Source of the DNA: Euryarchaeota archaeon UBA173
Lineage (GTDB): Archaea; Thermoplasmatota; Poseidoniia; Poseidoniales; Thalassarchaeaceae
Assembly: GCA_002498925.1 (NCBI GenBank)
Contig: DAJH01000040.1
Location: 1-43,805, forward strand
Direction: 5' to 3'
Length of the DNA: 43,805 bases
Both the position numbers and the translations under genes were made by a program. The notes beneath the pieces are model-generated. The model had not been told where the DNA came from and searched no databases. It was given only the letters and a program-made list of their open reading frames with translations. How positions within the stretch are numbered: the stretch's first letter is position 1; every line of letters starts with the position of its first letter. Shown piece after piece: positions 1 to 11,200 of this stretch.

Positions 1-282
1 ACCGAAATATCTCCTCCGTATGCATACTCATCAGGCACTAGCGACTCTACTGTTTTCGTAACCGGAGCGCTATCGCTTATCTTGGAGCTCTATGGTGGAG
101 AACTAGCCAATGAAGATGGCCAGATAGACTCGGAAGGTATGGAACTGGTGAAGAGGGCGCTTGCTAACTCAGCAGTCAGCGAAGACGGGTCTGACGGTGC
201 TCACGACAGTAAATTGGGGTACGGCAAACTAGATGCATTTGAATGGGCCTCAGAGGTCGCCTTTGAGCTCAATTTGAACTAG
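1..282 (+). CDS. S8 (subtilisin-like) serine peptidase, C-terminal fragment, 5'-truncated by the window edge
   Basis: Frame +1 is open from base 1: TEISPPYAYSSGTSDSTVFVTGALSLIL...GYGKLDA. This contains the GTS catalytic-Ser motif and the terminal GxGxxDA motif of subtilases. Confidence 0.8.
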   Translation, partial: TEISPPYAYSSGTSDSTVFVTGALSLILELYGGELANEDGQIDSEGMELVKRALANSAVSEDGSDGAHDSKLGYGKLDAFEWASEVAFELNLN

Positions 283-369
283 AAATGCATTCTGAGAGCG
301 CATTTTTCAACGGTCCCGCCATACTCATTTCGACCCTATGGTTAAATCCGCTCCCGACACCCCACGTGC

Positions 370-3300
370 ATGGCCCGCGGAGAAAGAACACGAAGCTCCC
401 TATTGGTATTCCTAATGCTAACAAGCGTATTCGTTTCTCTCGTGGGTCCGGCGACCCCTGTGGTTGCGGCAAATGATACCACCTCAGGCACGATTTCGGG
501 AACCGAGGTATGGCAAGGAAGTCACGACTTGACCGGTGACGTGGTAGTCTCATCTGGAGCGAAGCTGATAATCCAGCCGGGCACTACCGTGACATTCCCT
601 AATGGTACCCACTTGGATGCCAGGGGTAGCATCTGCATAGGGGCATCTTCATGCGGAGCCAGTGGCAATGCAAATACAGCCCAAAAAATTACATTCAGGT
701 GGACGGAACCATCGAATTCTAGTGCTAGGGGCGAGTGCTATGGGATGTCAAACGGTAATGAGGAAATATTCATTGAAGACCCATCTTGCTTCGAAGGAGT
801 TCTCATTAGGGACTCAATAGACCTCTCCCAAACCGCGATCAGATACCTAACCATAGATGGGGCATGGGGGATACCCTACTACATAGATACCCTGAATGAG
901 TTCAGATACGGTGCCTTGGTCCTAGATGGTGCCAGCCCGACCCTCAGGGAGATGGAGTTCACAGATGTCAATACTAGCAGCGTCTTGACCACCAACCTCG
1001 CTCAGCCCAGATTCATTGGGGGCGAGTATGTGGTAGGGAATGACGACGAAAGTGGCGTAGACGGTTCGGCTGTCCAGATATACAGCTCAGGAACCCCAGT
1101 TACTCCCCTGATTATGGATTCACCCACCCTCGTTGGTACAGACAGGGGGTGCGGACAGAGGGACGGAGGAAGGCCAACTGTCTGGGTCCAAGACGCTTTC
1201 ATTGAGATTGATGACGCCGATATTTCAGTAGGGGACTTCGGTATTTCACTCAGATACTCGTCTGGCTCGGTCACCAATTCTTCAATTAATGTAAATTGCA
1301 ATGGGGTTGACATATACAGCCTCAAGAGCGTCGGAACGTCTGATTACTACAACATAGTAGCTAGCAATGAGATAACCACTGGCGAAGGGACCCCGGTAAC
1401 CGCCTATGGAGGTGCCCATGCCGATATTTACGATAACGAACTATCGGGGGCTTCCGGCGGCTCCGGAATTGCGGTGTACTCTAGTTATGCGAATATTCAG
1501 GATAACGATATTGGCCCAATTGGCGGTTGGAACGGGCTTTGGATGCTCGGATCATTCGACGTAATAGCCGAGAACAATACCATACATGACGTAGCCAAGG
1601 AGGTCGTCTTAGCTGGCGAGTATGGGAGTAATGCCCCCGCGCCGTCTGCGGCCAGGGCATATCTCGCAAACAACACACTCTCGACAGATGGGACTGGTGC
1701 ATGCTCCAGCATGACTCACTTCGATGGCGAATTCACTTGTCCCGCGGTAATGGCTTTCAGGTCAGGCTTGACGATGTACGACAATGTAATCAATGCCGCA
1801 GGTGATGCTGATGGAATCAGGGCAGTCGGGGCTCTTCTGGATATCAGGAGAAACACCTGGAATGTCCCGTCCACTGGTGCTGTGATCAAGCACTTCAATA
1901 CCGGAAACGCGGGTTCTCAGCAGTATGGAACCCTTGGATTCTTCACAGAGAACTCTTGGAATGGCGTGGACATGACCTACAATGTCACCAAGAGCGCAGT
2001 AACAGTACAGTCTGAGACAATCCCAAGTGCTTCGGCAGGAGGGGATCCTGTAATCCTGTCATGGCCCGACCAGGAAGCCTGGCCGGCTAACCAGTTCCAG
2101 AACGCAATAGTTCCCACGGAAGTTCAGGAGTGCGCACTATGCGACAATCTGACTCCAAGGAACTTCCCTCTTGCGATAAGTATGGACAACAACTCCACCG
2201 TATTCACTTTCGCAGCACTAGCAAATCTTGATCTTTCATCGATATTTATCGAGACTCAGCCAACTCCCTATGCAGTCCAAGTTCGCAGGGCTGAGCTGGT
2301 CCGTTACCAGGTATTGGTGGAGGGTGAAAGAGTAGCAGGGGCCGGAGTCCTTGTAGAGGATGCCCTTGGAAACGATCTTTACGACATCGAAACCCTCGAT
2401 GACGGATACACCCCGTGGTTCTCACTGCCCTCTGATTTCCATCTGGATTTCAGGGGCTTGGGAGGGGGAGACAATCCCGATGGATATGCGAATGATGAAT
2501 TCGAAGACTCTTGCACGGACGGGATTGACAACGATGGTGATCTCGTCACAGACACCGATGATCCAGATTGTGACTATGCCGCGGGAACTCGTGAGCTTTC
2601 ACTATACAGGTACACAGCCTACAAGTTCGGCTCAGGCTTGGACAGAGGGGAATTCACACTTGAGGACTCTTCCTATCAAGGGACCGCAGAACTGCTGAAT
2701 CTTGCTCCTTCTGTATCTGTGTCACAAAACGAGGGACACTCGTTCAGAAAGATTGTCAATATCACCGGCAATGCCCATGACGGCGTCCTCGCAGCATTCT
2801 ATCAGACCGATGAGCTAGCTCAGTGGGATCAGAAGGGCTACGTCCACTCCGTCGAGGTCAAGGACCCATTCACTGGTGACTGGGATAATGCTCTTGTGGC
2901 GACCGACTCCTCTGGAGCGGGAATGGGTGAAGTCACTCGTAACAACCATCCGTTCAAAACGTGGTTCTACGAATTAGACATGTCTAGCATGGCAGAAGGG
3001 GACTACACATTCGAGTTCAGATCCTTTGACGGAATCACCCATAGCCCCATAGTTGGGATTACCATAAAGCTCAACACCCAGGCTCCTACCATTTCCGTTA
3101 CCTCTCCAAGCTCGATGTCAACACACTCAGACGATAGTGTCACATTCGAAGGCACGGCTTACGATTTCTATGGTTGTCCGGAGCAGTGCAGTATGGATGT
3201 GGAGGACATATATTTCCAGATTGTGGGTCCAAATTTCCAGGTTATCACACCCGTAAGCGGCGGACCCGACTGGTCATGGACTTGGGATTTCGGCGGGCAG

Positions 3301-4659
3301 CCAAGGGTCAATGCTCAGTACACTTTCACAATCTGGGCTTCAGATTCAGATTTCTGCGTAGGGGTCATCGACGAATGCGAGGCAACTGTCCTCACATTGA
3401 ATATTGACAATTCGAATACGGCTCCATTCCTTAGTGTGACCTCTCCCCAAAATGGGGACAGACTAGCTGTCTCCGAGACTTCAGTCTTCGAAGGGGTCGC
3501 TAGGGACTCGGATGGCACCATTACCAGGGTCGATGTTGAGGTTCTCGATATAGCGAATGGCTACATCAACGTCCACTCGGACGCAATCACCGATTTCGCT
3601 TCCAATGGGGCATTCAGCCAGGAGTGGAACTCGATGGCCCTCAGGCATAATGCAGAATACCAAATCAGGATGAGGTCATACGACGGATTCGACTACAGTG
3701 AGTGGATTGAATTTCAGATAACTGCGGACAATCCTCCCGATGCCGGCAACAACCAACCAGTATTCGACTCAAGTGACTGGGTTGATGAGATCACACTCTA
3801 TTGTGAATTGGACTCACAGTCCCAAGATAGGTGTACGCTGGCGGAGATTGATCTGATGCAATACTTCAGTGACGCAGATCAGAATCAAGAACTGATGCTT
3901 TCCGTTTACGACAACGAGGAGCTGACAAGTGATGATGAGTATGGAGTAGTGTTCAGTATCGCTTCAAATGGGGAGGCAACCTACAACCCGATAACCATGT
4001 CATTCTACGATCCAGAGATATCTGGGTGGTCCTTGGATGGAGTTATTTTCGTAGCCTCTGATCCATTCGGATCCAAGGCAAACTCACTACCCGTTTCGAT
4101 AAATGTGATTGGATTGTCTTTCGTCGTAAACGAGCCCGAAGATAGCAGGATTGGCGATGATGAGATTGCAATCTTCACTGGTACTGGACTCCCTGGCAAA
4201 ACTGTCACAGCTACCATCGGAGGAAATCCGGTAAACAACACAGTAATCTCAAGCGACTCAACTTGGCAGATGGGGATACCTGGATCTAGGATCTCTGGCT
4301 CTGCAACCCCGCAGTTCAAGTATGGAGGGGAGACTTACGAGCCCGGATTCAAAATCACAGTGAGCGATGATGAAGGCACTGGCATTGGTGTAATGCTGAT
4401 TCTAGGCGTGGTAATTTTACTTGGCGCGATAGCTGCCTTTGCCTACTTTTTCGTGGAAATTGAAGAGGAGGATGAGGCAGAGGACTCAACACAAGTAGTT
4501 GATTCGGAAGAAAGGGAGGAAGACCCCTATTCCCGGGCCAAGTCCGAAGAGGAAGCTCCATCTACACAGAATGAACGCTTCCAGAGTCATGCCGATCACC
4601 CCGGATGGCTGTGGGATACAGTCGATCAAGAGTGGGTCCCAGAGGATTCTCAAGCATGA
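370..4659 (+). CDS. Large membrane-anchored surface protein (1429 aa): right-handed beta-helix, Ig-like domains, C-terminal TM
   Basis: Signal peptide (LLVFLMLTSVFVSLVGPATPVVAA). Parallel beta-helix repeats (IYDNEL, IQDNDI, AENNTI, LANNTL, MYDNVI). A CTDGIDNDGDxxTDxDDPDC Ca-binding motif. Big/Ig-type starts (APSVSV, APTISVTSP, APFLSVTSPQNG). TM IGVMLILGVVILLGAIAAFAYFFV, then an acidic tail. Confidence 0.85.
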   Translation: MARGERTRSSLLVFLMLTSVFVSLVGPATPVVAANDTTSGTISGTEVWQGSHDLTGDVVVSSGAKLIIQPGTTVTFPNGTHLDARGSICIGASSCGASGNANTAQKITFRWTEPSNSSARGECYGMSNGNEEIFIEDPSCFEGVLIRDSIDLSQTAIRYLTIDGAWGIPYYIDTLNEFRYGALVLDGASPTLREMEFTDVNTSSVLTTNLAQPRFIGGEYVVGNDDESGVDGSAVQIYSSGTPVTPLIMDSPTLVGTDRGCGQRDGGRPTVWVQDAFIEIDDADISVGDFGISLRYSSGSVTNSSINVNCNGVDIYSLKSVGTSDYYNIVASNEITTGEGTPVTAYGGAHADIYDNELSGASGGSGIAVYSSYANIQDNDIGPIGGWNGLWMLGSFDVIAENNTIHDVAKEVVLAGEYGSNAPAPSAARAYLANNTLSTDGTGACSSMTHFDGEFTCPAVMAFRSGLTMYDNVINAAGDADGIRAVGALLDIRRNTWNVPSTGAVIKHFNTGNAGSQQYGTLGFFTENSWNGVDMTYNVTKSAVTVQSETIPSASAGGDPVILSWPDQEAWPANQFQNAIVPTEVQECALCDNLTPRNFPLAISMDNNSTVFTFAALANLDLSSIFIETQPTPYAVQVRRAELVRYQVLVEGERVAGAGVLVEDALGNDLYDIETLDDGYTPWFSLPSDFHLDFRGLGGGDNPDGYANDEFEDSCTDGIDNDGDLVTDTDDPDCDYAAGTRELSLYRYTAYKFGSGLDRGEFTLEDSSYQGTAELLNLAPSVSVSQNEGHSFRKIVNITGNAHDGVLAAFYQTDELAQWDQKGYVHSVEVKDPFTGDWDNALVATDSSGAGMGEVTRNNHPFKTWFYELDMSSMAEGDYTFEFRSFDGITHSPIVGITIKLNTQAPTISVTSPSSMSTHSDDSVTFEGTAYDFYGCPEQCSMDVEDIYFQIVGPNFQVITPVSGGPDWSWTWDFGGQPRVNAQYTFTIWASDSDFCVGVIDECEATVLTLNIDNSNTAPFLSVTSPQNGDRLAVSETSVFEGVARDSDGTITRVDVEVLDIANGYINVHSDAITDFASNGAFSQEWNSMALRHNAEYQIRMRSYDGFDYSEWIEFQITADNPPDAGNNQPVFDSSDWVDEITLYCELDSQSQDRCTLAEIDLMQYFSDADQNQELMLSVYDNEELTSDDEYGVVFSIASNGEATYNPITMSFYDPEISGWSLDGVIFVASDPFGSKANSLPVSINVIGLSFVVNEPEDSRIGDDEIAIFTGTGLPGKTVTATIGGNPVNNTVISSDSTWQMGIPGSRISGSATPQFKYGGETYEPGFKITVSDDEGTGIGVMLILGVVILLGAIAAFAYFFVEIEEEDEAEDSTQVVDSEEREEDPYSRAKSEEEAPSTQNERFQSHADHPGWLWDTVDQEWVPEDSQA

Positions 4660-4718
4660 ATCATCCATAGGTCGTTAATCACGAACATTCTTGAATGAAA
4701 CTTGTCGCTAGTAACACC

Positions 4719-7247
4719 ATGACTTCCGTGCCTGCATCCAAACCAGGGGTTCAGGAACGCATTCTACTGCACCTCAGAGACTACGTCGATCACGCCGACA
4801 AGGTAGAGGTCCCGTTCGCACTTTCCCAGATGGGAATAGCAAATGCCGTCTCAATAGCAAGGTCAAACGTCCCTCGTGCAATTTCCGGACTAAGGGATCA
4901 AGGATATCTAATTGAAAGGCAGGCGCATGTCACTGGGGTCTCGAGAAAGAGAAAGGCGTATTTCCTCACTGATGACGGTGCCAAATTGGCTGATGACATA
5001 TGGTCAAAGGTCGGCATGCAGATAGTCAGGGTCATCGGACACGACGGTAGGTCATCCACAATGGAACTTCAGAAGGCGCTTGAGTCGACAGAACTCCCCC
5101 TTAGGCACGTCGATGTAATTAGGTATCTAGACGACTCTGGGACGATTGATTTCTCCTCACTATCATCGGATTTGATTGAAAGGGATCTTTCAAAACACAT
5201 AGAGAAACAATTGGTAACATCTCTAGGCGACCTACCGAGGACTAGGAAGTTCTACGGTAGGGAAAAGGAACTAGAGAACATGGTCAACCTATTGGAACAT
5301 CAGTCAGGATCAATTTTGGTCCCGGGGATTGCCGGGATAGGTAAGACCGCCCTTTCGGCCAAACTGATTGAGAGATTCACTCATAGGAGGAATCTGCTAT
5401 ACCACAGATGTCAGGATTGGGACGGGGCTAGGGCATTCCTCGAAGCAATGGGTGAGTGGATGTCCGCAATGGGCAGTGACGACCTTTCGGATTATCTGGC
5501 ATCGACCCCTGTCCCTCAACCACAGATGGCGGTCAATTTGATCGCCGAGGGTTTGGATAGCGCACCATCGCTAATCGTCATTGATGACTTGCACAAAGTC
5601 GGCGACGAGACACTTATCTCAGTACTTAGGTCATTATCTGTAAGAATTCCAGAAATCGATGATGTCGGACTAGTGATGTTCTCTAGGTCATACAGAATGG
5701 TAGTCCCTGAGGCTGACTCTTCTGGCAGGATTGTAACTCTGGTAATGCCTCTAGATGGCCTCGATCAGGAAGCAAGCAGGCAGATACTGACGGCCATGAA
5801 AGATCTTGAGATGCCCCAATTCCTTCACATCCATAATCTCTCCAGAGGTCACCCTTTAGTCCTCGAACTGATTAACAGAGGAAGTGTTGGAGGGACATTC
5901 CACGAGACCCTCGAGACCTTCGTAGAAAAGGAGATTTTCAGCAGACTCTCAGGAGCAGAAAAAAGAGTTCTGGGTGCAATTTCCGTTTTCAGGGAGCCGA
6001 TGCCACTGGAGGCAATTAGCGGCGTTGATGCCGAGACCGATCTACTCGATGACCTTGTTGAGAAAGGTCTTGCGAGACAGGCGGACAGTGACAACTACGA
6101 TGTTCACGACCTAGTCAGAGAATTCCTAACTAGGTCCATGGACGACTCCCTAAGTCAGATTCTCCATGCAAATGCTGTAGAGTGGTACAGGACTAGACGC
6201 GAGACTCCCTCTCAAAGTATCGAGTACATCCACCATCTCCACATGTCGGGCGACACAGAAGGTTTGGCTGCTGCACTATCGGAAGAGGGGCATGCATTGG
6301 TCAATTCGGGACACATCGAACTTCTGGGCATCCTGAGATCCTTAGAAGTCTCAAATTTCGGCCCTAGGACAAGCTTCGTGATACACGAGCTCAGAGGGGA
6401 TATTCTGTCCATTCAAGGGAAGTGGGAGCAGGCGGTGGAGGAGTATGACCTTGCTATGCCACTTGCATTGAAGCACAAGATGACATCACCACTGGCAAGA
6501 CTCCTCTCATCCAGAGCAGATCTTGCTGTCAAGAGGGGGCAGATGGATGAGGCACTTTCCCTTCATAGAAAGGCACTCGAGATTCAGATTTCAGTAAGGG
6601 ATGCCTTGGGTGCCGCGAGGTCTTACAACAACATGGGATTCATTTTCAGACGTCAGCGTGATAACAAGAAGGCGCTCGAGGTATACGGTAACGTCGAAGA
6701 TCTCCTGGGGGCAGAGGATTCTCCCGATTTGACTGAGGCTAGAATCAGGCTTGCTTCTGCATTCCTCGAGATGGGCGAGATGGACAGAGCCAGGGATCAT
6801 GCAATGATCGCCCACGATGAGACCGAGGAGAACGAGCAAGTCAGGTTACATGCCAGATCTAGAGCGGTCTTGGGTAGATACTATGCAAAAATCAAAGATA
6901 ACGATTTGGCCATGCACCATTATTCAGGGGCACTCGAGATTCTTTCGGACCAGTCAGACCCCCATAGCGCAGTAGAGGTCGAGATGCTACTCGGACAGGT
7001 TCTAAGTGACGCTGGTAGATCGGAAGAGGCTGCAGAACACTATCTCGATGGACTCGCACTAGCAGAGGCTAATGATTTCAGAATGATGCAGGGCGAGATA
7101 CTGTCGAGACTCGGTGAGGTGGAAAGTAATAGATCGCAGAGAATGGACTACCTTCAGAGGTCATTAGTCGTATTCAGAGAATTGGGCGCCGTCCACAGAA
7201 TGAGGGACGTCCAGAATGCGGTTCACAAGGTCGTCATGGGACATTAG
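4719..7247 (+). CDS. wHTH + STAND-type P-loop ATPase + TPR-repeat protein (putative regulator or sensor)
   Basis: N-terminal winged helix (LSQMGIANAVSIARSNVPRAISGLRDQGYL...KAYFLTDDG). FYGREKEL, Walker A GIAGIGKT, Walker B LIVIDDLH, GHPL (GxP) motif, VHDLVREF (MHD-like) motif, and C-terminal TPRs. The ORF track starts at 4695. I prefer ATG 4719, which lies about 28 nt after a TATA-like TTGAATG. Confidence 0.85.
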   Translation: MTSVPASKPGVQERILLHLRDYVDHADKVEVPFALSQMGIANAVSIARSNVPRAISGLRDQGYLIERQAHVTGVSRKRKAYFLTDDGAKLADDIWSKVGMQIVRVIGHDGRSSTMELQKALESTELPLRHVDVIRYLDDSGTIDFSSLSSDLIERDLSKHIEKQLVTSLGDLPRTRKFYGREKELENMVNLLEHQSGSILVPGIAGIGKTALSAKLIERFTHRRNLLYHRCQDWDGARAFLEAMGEWMSAMGSDDLSDYLASTPVPQPQMAVNLIAEGLDSAPSLIVIDDLHKVGDETLISVLRSLSVRIPEIDDVGLVMFSRSYRMVVPEADSSGRIVTLVMPLDGLDQEASRQILTAMKDLEMPQFLHIHNLSRGHPLVLELINRGSVGGTFHETLETFVEKEIFSRLSGAEKRVLGAISVFREPMPLEAISGVDAETDLLDDLVEKGLARQADSDNYDVHDLVREFLTRSMDDSLSQILHANAVEWYRTRRETPSQSIEYIHHLHMSGDTEGLAAALSEEGHALVNSGHIELLGILRSLEVSNFGPRTSFVIHELRGDILSIQGKWEQAVEEYDLAMPLALKHKMTSPLARLLSSRADLAVKRGQMDEALSLHRKALEIQISVRDALGAARSYNNMGFIFRRQRDNKKALEVYGNVEDLLGAEDSPDLTEARIRLASAFLEMGEMDRARDHAMIAHDETEENEQVRLHARSRAVLGRYYAKIKDNDLAMHHYSGALEILSDQSDPHSAVEVEMLLGQVLSDAGRSEEAAEHYLDGLALAEANDFRMMQGEILSRLGEVESNRSQRMDYLQRSLVVFRELGAVHRMRDVQNAVHKVVMGH

Positions 7248-8047
7248 GATAGCCCAGTTATCCTTTCAGGCTCACTTTGCCCCAACCAATGGGTAAATTC
7301 AGGACCACTCTGTTTTGAAATTGATAGGTCCCCTGTAAATGAGTCACAAATCCTCATCAGTACCTCACTTTCGGCCAAATGTGGCCTATTGTTATTCTCG
7401 GAAAGGTGACAGAGAACCACGCTCTCAAGTCCCTCATGCATCACCTCATTCAGAATCTGTCCAGTTTGGGTATTGGAAAGGTGACCCCCCCTCCCTGTTA
7501 TTCTTCTCTTAAGAGAATCCGGATATGGTCCGCCCACAAGTCTCGAATACTCATAGTTCGCCTCTATCGAAATATGTGAGCATGCAGATAAGTGCTTCTT
7601 GAGCTCGTCTGTCGCCTCTCCAAGATCGGTGACTATCGAAGCCCTTTTGCCCTCCGATGAACGCGCGATTATTGCAACATTGTCAGCGTCATCATGCGGT
7701 ACAGGAATAGGTAGGAGGCTCAAATCCCCTCCTGCCTCTATCCTCTCTAGATCAGAGAATTCAGTGAAATTCTGATGATTGCCCCACTCCATCCTTCGGG
7801 CGGTCTCGGCATTGCTCATTAGGGTCGATGCCCACTTCTTGGAGGCACGAGCCGCAGACCCCGAGTGATCCGAGTGATGGTGTGTCACTACAATAGCATC
7901 AATTTCCGAGGACTTAACCCCAATCATATCCAATCGCGACTCCATTCTCTTCAATGAGAAACCACAGTCTACCAGGACCTTCGATTCATCCGTGGACAGG
8001 AGTACTGAGTTACCACGACTCCCGCTACCAAGGTGAGTAATCTCCAT
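7244..8047 (-). CDS. Metallo-beta-lactamase-fold hydrolase, YycJ/WalJ-like putative nuclease
   Basis: LGSGSRGNS, VLVDCG, THHHSDH (HxHxDH), VPHD, TDLG, EANY, GHLSN and HLSENNN motifs. Confidence 0.9.
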   Translation of the reverse strand: MEITHLGSGSRGNSVLLSTDESKVLVDCGFSLKRMESRLDMIGVKSSEIDAIVVTHHHSDHSGSAARASKKWASTLMSNAETARRMEWGNHQNFTEFSDLERIEAGGDLSLLPIPVPHDDADNVAIIARSSEGKRASIVTDLGEATDELKKHLSACSHISIEANYEYSRLVGGPYPDSLKRRITGRGGHLSNTQTGQILNEVMHEGLESVVLCHLSENNNRPHLAESEVLMRICDSFTGDLSISKQSGPEFTHWLGQSEPERITGLS

Positions 8048-8237
8048 CGTTATTGCCTAGTCCGCCCGAGGTAAATAGACCTTTGAACAAATCCGTCAAA
8101 GACAGCCCCTAATCAGTAATTCAGGACATTACTGGCGCCACCATCGATCAAAATATCCGACCTTCCGTCCGAACGACGCTCCATCACCATGATAAGTCAG
8201 TCAAGAACGCTCAAAGCCGTCTAGATGGGGCTATGTC

Positions 8238-11200
8238 ATGAGGCGAAAGCAGACTGCGGCATTCATCACGCTACTTCTACTCAGCAGCCTCGCCTTTGTA
8301 TCGCAGACCCGACCACAGTCTCCGGTCTCTTCCACGGACCCCACAGAGGCATTGGGTGGAGCCCCTCCAGCCACTGACGCGGATGAAGATCAGATACCCG
8401 ATCAGTATGAATCAATACACGGCATCGTAGTGGTAATCGACACTCCCGACGGCAGTGTGAATGTCAAGGGCTTAGACATGAATAATGGTACTGACAATAT
8501 GACGGATCACGATAGGGATGGCGCGCCTGCACTTTTGGAGTATTGCTGGCCCTACACTCTGGACAAGTGCTTCACAGATCGTCTCTCTCTGACAGGCAAA
8601 CCCCCTGAGTTAACTGAATCTGGAAAGAGGGAGTATCTCGATCCCACTAACTCGGATTCTGATGGTGATGGCCTTCCAGATGGATATGAAATTCACATGT
8701 GTACAGAAGGGGGATTGGGATACATCAACGCTTCGAACGCGTGGACTTGTCTTTGGTTCGACCCACTGGATCCCTCTGACGAGGTCGAGGATATTGATCG
8801 CTGCCAGGATTTCACCTTTGGATGCGGGGATGGATTCGACGTAAATCGAGATGGCTCTATCGACGTCACGGAGAGCTATACCAACTCTGAGGAGTACTCC
8901 TTTGGAATTCCCGAAGGTTGGGTCACAGAGAGAGATGGCTTGTGGTGTGCAGGTGAGATTCCGGGACTCAGTCCGGACTCCTGTCAGGTAGGGGAACAAA
9001 GGCCCACAGGTGACAGCGGATGGCTGGGAAGCGATCCTACGGACCCAGACTCCGATCACTATACTTGGTCGGAAATTATTGCGACCGGACTAGTGGTCCC
9101 GGGGGACGGCATCCCTGATGGATGGGAAGTTCACTATGGGCTAGACCCTAGAAATGCGAGCGACGCCATTGAAGACTCAGACAGCGATGGCTGGGATTTG
9201 GATCGTGACGGTTTCGTAATTCCGGATACGTCCACCTCTACTGCTCAATGGGGAGAGGCATTCAGTAACTACGAGGAATACATGACTTACTTTGACGATG
9301 GAGCATGGGTTACTCCGGGACTCAGAGGGACTCCGATGTCTGACCATGAGGGAGAAGTAATTACCTTCGATCAATCTACATCCCCCGGTCTGGTTGACGG
9401 ATCCGTACATTCGCTGATCAGCGATTCGGGAAGGGACCGACTACTGGTCGGCTCAAAATTTGGAATCACTGCAATAGATCCATTCGGAGGATCAGTCTCC
9501 CGTCATAACCTCCCCTCTGGAATGGAGATGAATACTATGATGAGGTGGACAGTTGGCGACTCACAATTCCTGATTGTCGGGACCAACTCGGGTATTCACT
9601 GCCTTTCCATGGATAGTGGTTTACCAGTAATTTCCTCACTATCAGACTCCAATATTGGTTCAGTACATTCGATTCTCAAGTTAGAAACCGGAAGTAGCGA
9701 CTTAGACCTTCTGGCATTCGGAAAAAACTCTGCATGGTCTCTGTCATTCACCCAAGATGGCGATTCCGGGAATGGACACTGCCTTGGCGACGGCATCTCA
9801 ATTTCTATTACCGAACCAGCTCCTGTTATTGCATTGAATGAAGTTTTTGAAGAATCCAAGACATCTGCAAATACGGCCATCCACGTCCCAGTCTCTGGCA
9901 GAGGCCCCCTTCTTCTTGTTGGAACTGATTTCGGACTGATCGGATGGAATACCACTGATACATTGACATCTGCAGGGGATCCTTGGTGGGTCTTCGATCA
10001 GGAGAATGCGGAGGACTTCGTCCAACGTGCGGATCTACTGAATGAATCAAAGTCTGCTATAGTCAACACAATGGAGGTTGCTGGACCAAGACAGCCAGGA
10101 GGGGGCGTGGAGGAGGTGACTGGAATTTGGCTCGGTACTGCAGGAGGTCTGCATTTGGTGGACCTCAGTACGTTTTTCCAAATGCCGTATTCTTCGATCA
10201 GTAGTGAAAGAATGTACAATCTTGATAGATGGGCGGAGGGAGCAAATGACGTTCACTCTGTACTTTCTTACAATGGGATGGTCGTAATTGGTTCTAGGGA
10301 CGGCACTTGGTGCCTTGAGGGCGGACATACGGGCGTTCTGGGGCTATACATGAACCAGACCAGAGTCCCTGGTTTGGTAACATCACTTGTAACGATGGAG
10401 TACGATGGAAAAAATTGGCTATTCGCTGGAGTCTCCCCGGGGAGATACATGAACATAATGCCCATCGACCCACAGTCTGCAGACTCCGACCTAGATGGGA
10501 TGCCAGATGGTTGGGAGTTTGCCTATGGGTTAGATCCGACCGACCCATATGACAGGGACAGAGATGCCGACGCTGATGGGGTCAGCTACGAATTAGCCGA
10601 TGGCACCGAATTTACAAGAGATTGGTCTAATCTGGAGGAATACAGATACATCAGTACTTCCGAATTAGGATTCAATGGTACTGATCCAAGAGATATAGAT
10701 TCTGACTCAGACGGTCTTTCCGATGGAGAGGAGTATTGGGGCTGGTTCCTTGGCCCGACATCATTCGATTGCCATTACCTGAATGAAGAGTACATTTGTG
10801 ATGAAGACTCAGGGGAACAGGCGGAAACCGTACACCTCGAAGGATGGCTGGGTTCTGGGGCTGGAGGGGGCACTGATGGCCCAACCGATCCAACAAACCA
10901 CGATACTGACGGGGACGGTATGCCCGATGGCTGGGAGATTGAGCATAGAAGATGGATCGGAGACGTCTACACCGGTGGAAATTTGTGGACCCTCGATCCA
11001 CGTAATCCGAATGATGCAGACGCAGACGCGGATGGAGACGGGCTGTCTAACCTCTGTGAGTATATGTGGGGGAATCTGTTGGAAACGGTCCTTAGGGAAG
11101 GCCTCCCCTCTCATGGCGAATCAAACGAGTCAGCCTCATCATGGGTCAAGACTGACCCTAACAACATCGACTCGGACGGAGACAGCCTTCCAGATGGCTG

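Noticed and set aside
4719..8047. STAND ATPase plus MBL hydrolase as an Avs1-like antiviral system
   Set aside because: The genes are convergent rather than co-transcribed, the MBL looks like housekeeping YycJ, and there is no protease or nuclease effector or defence-island context.
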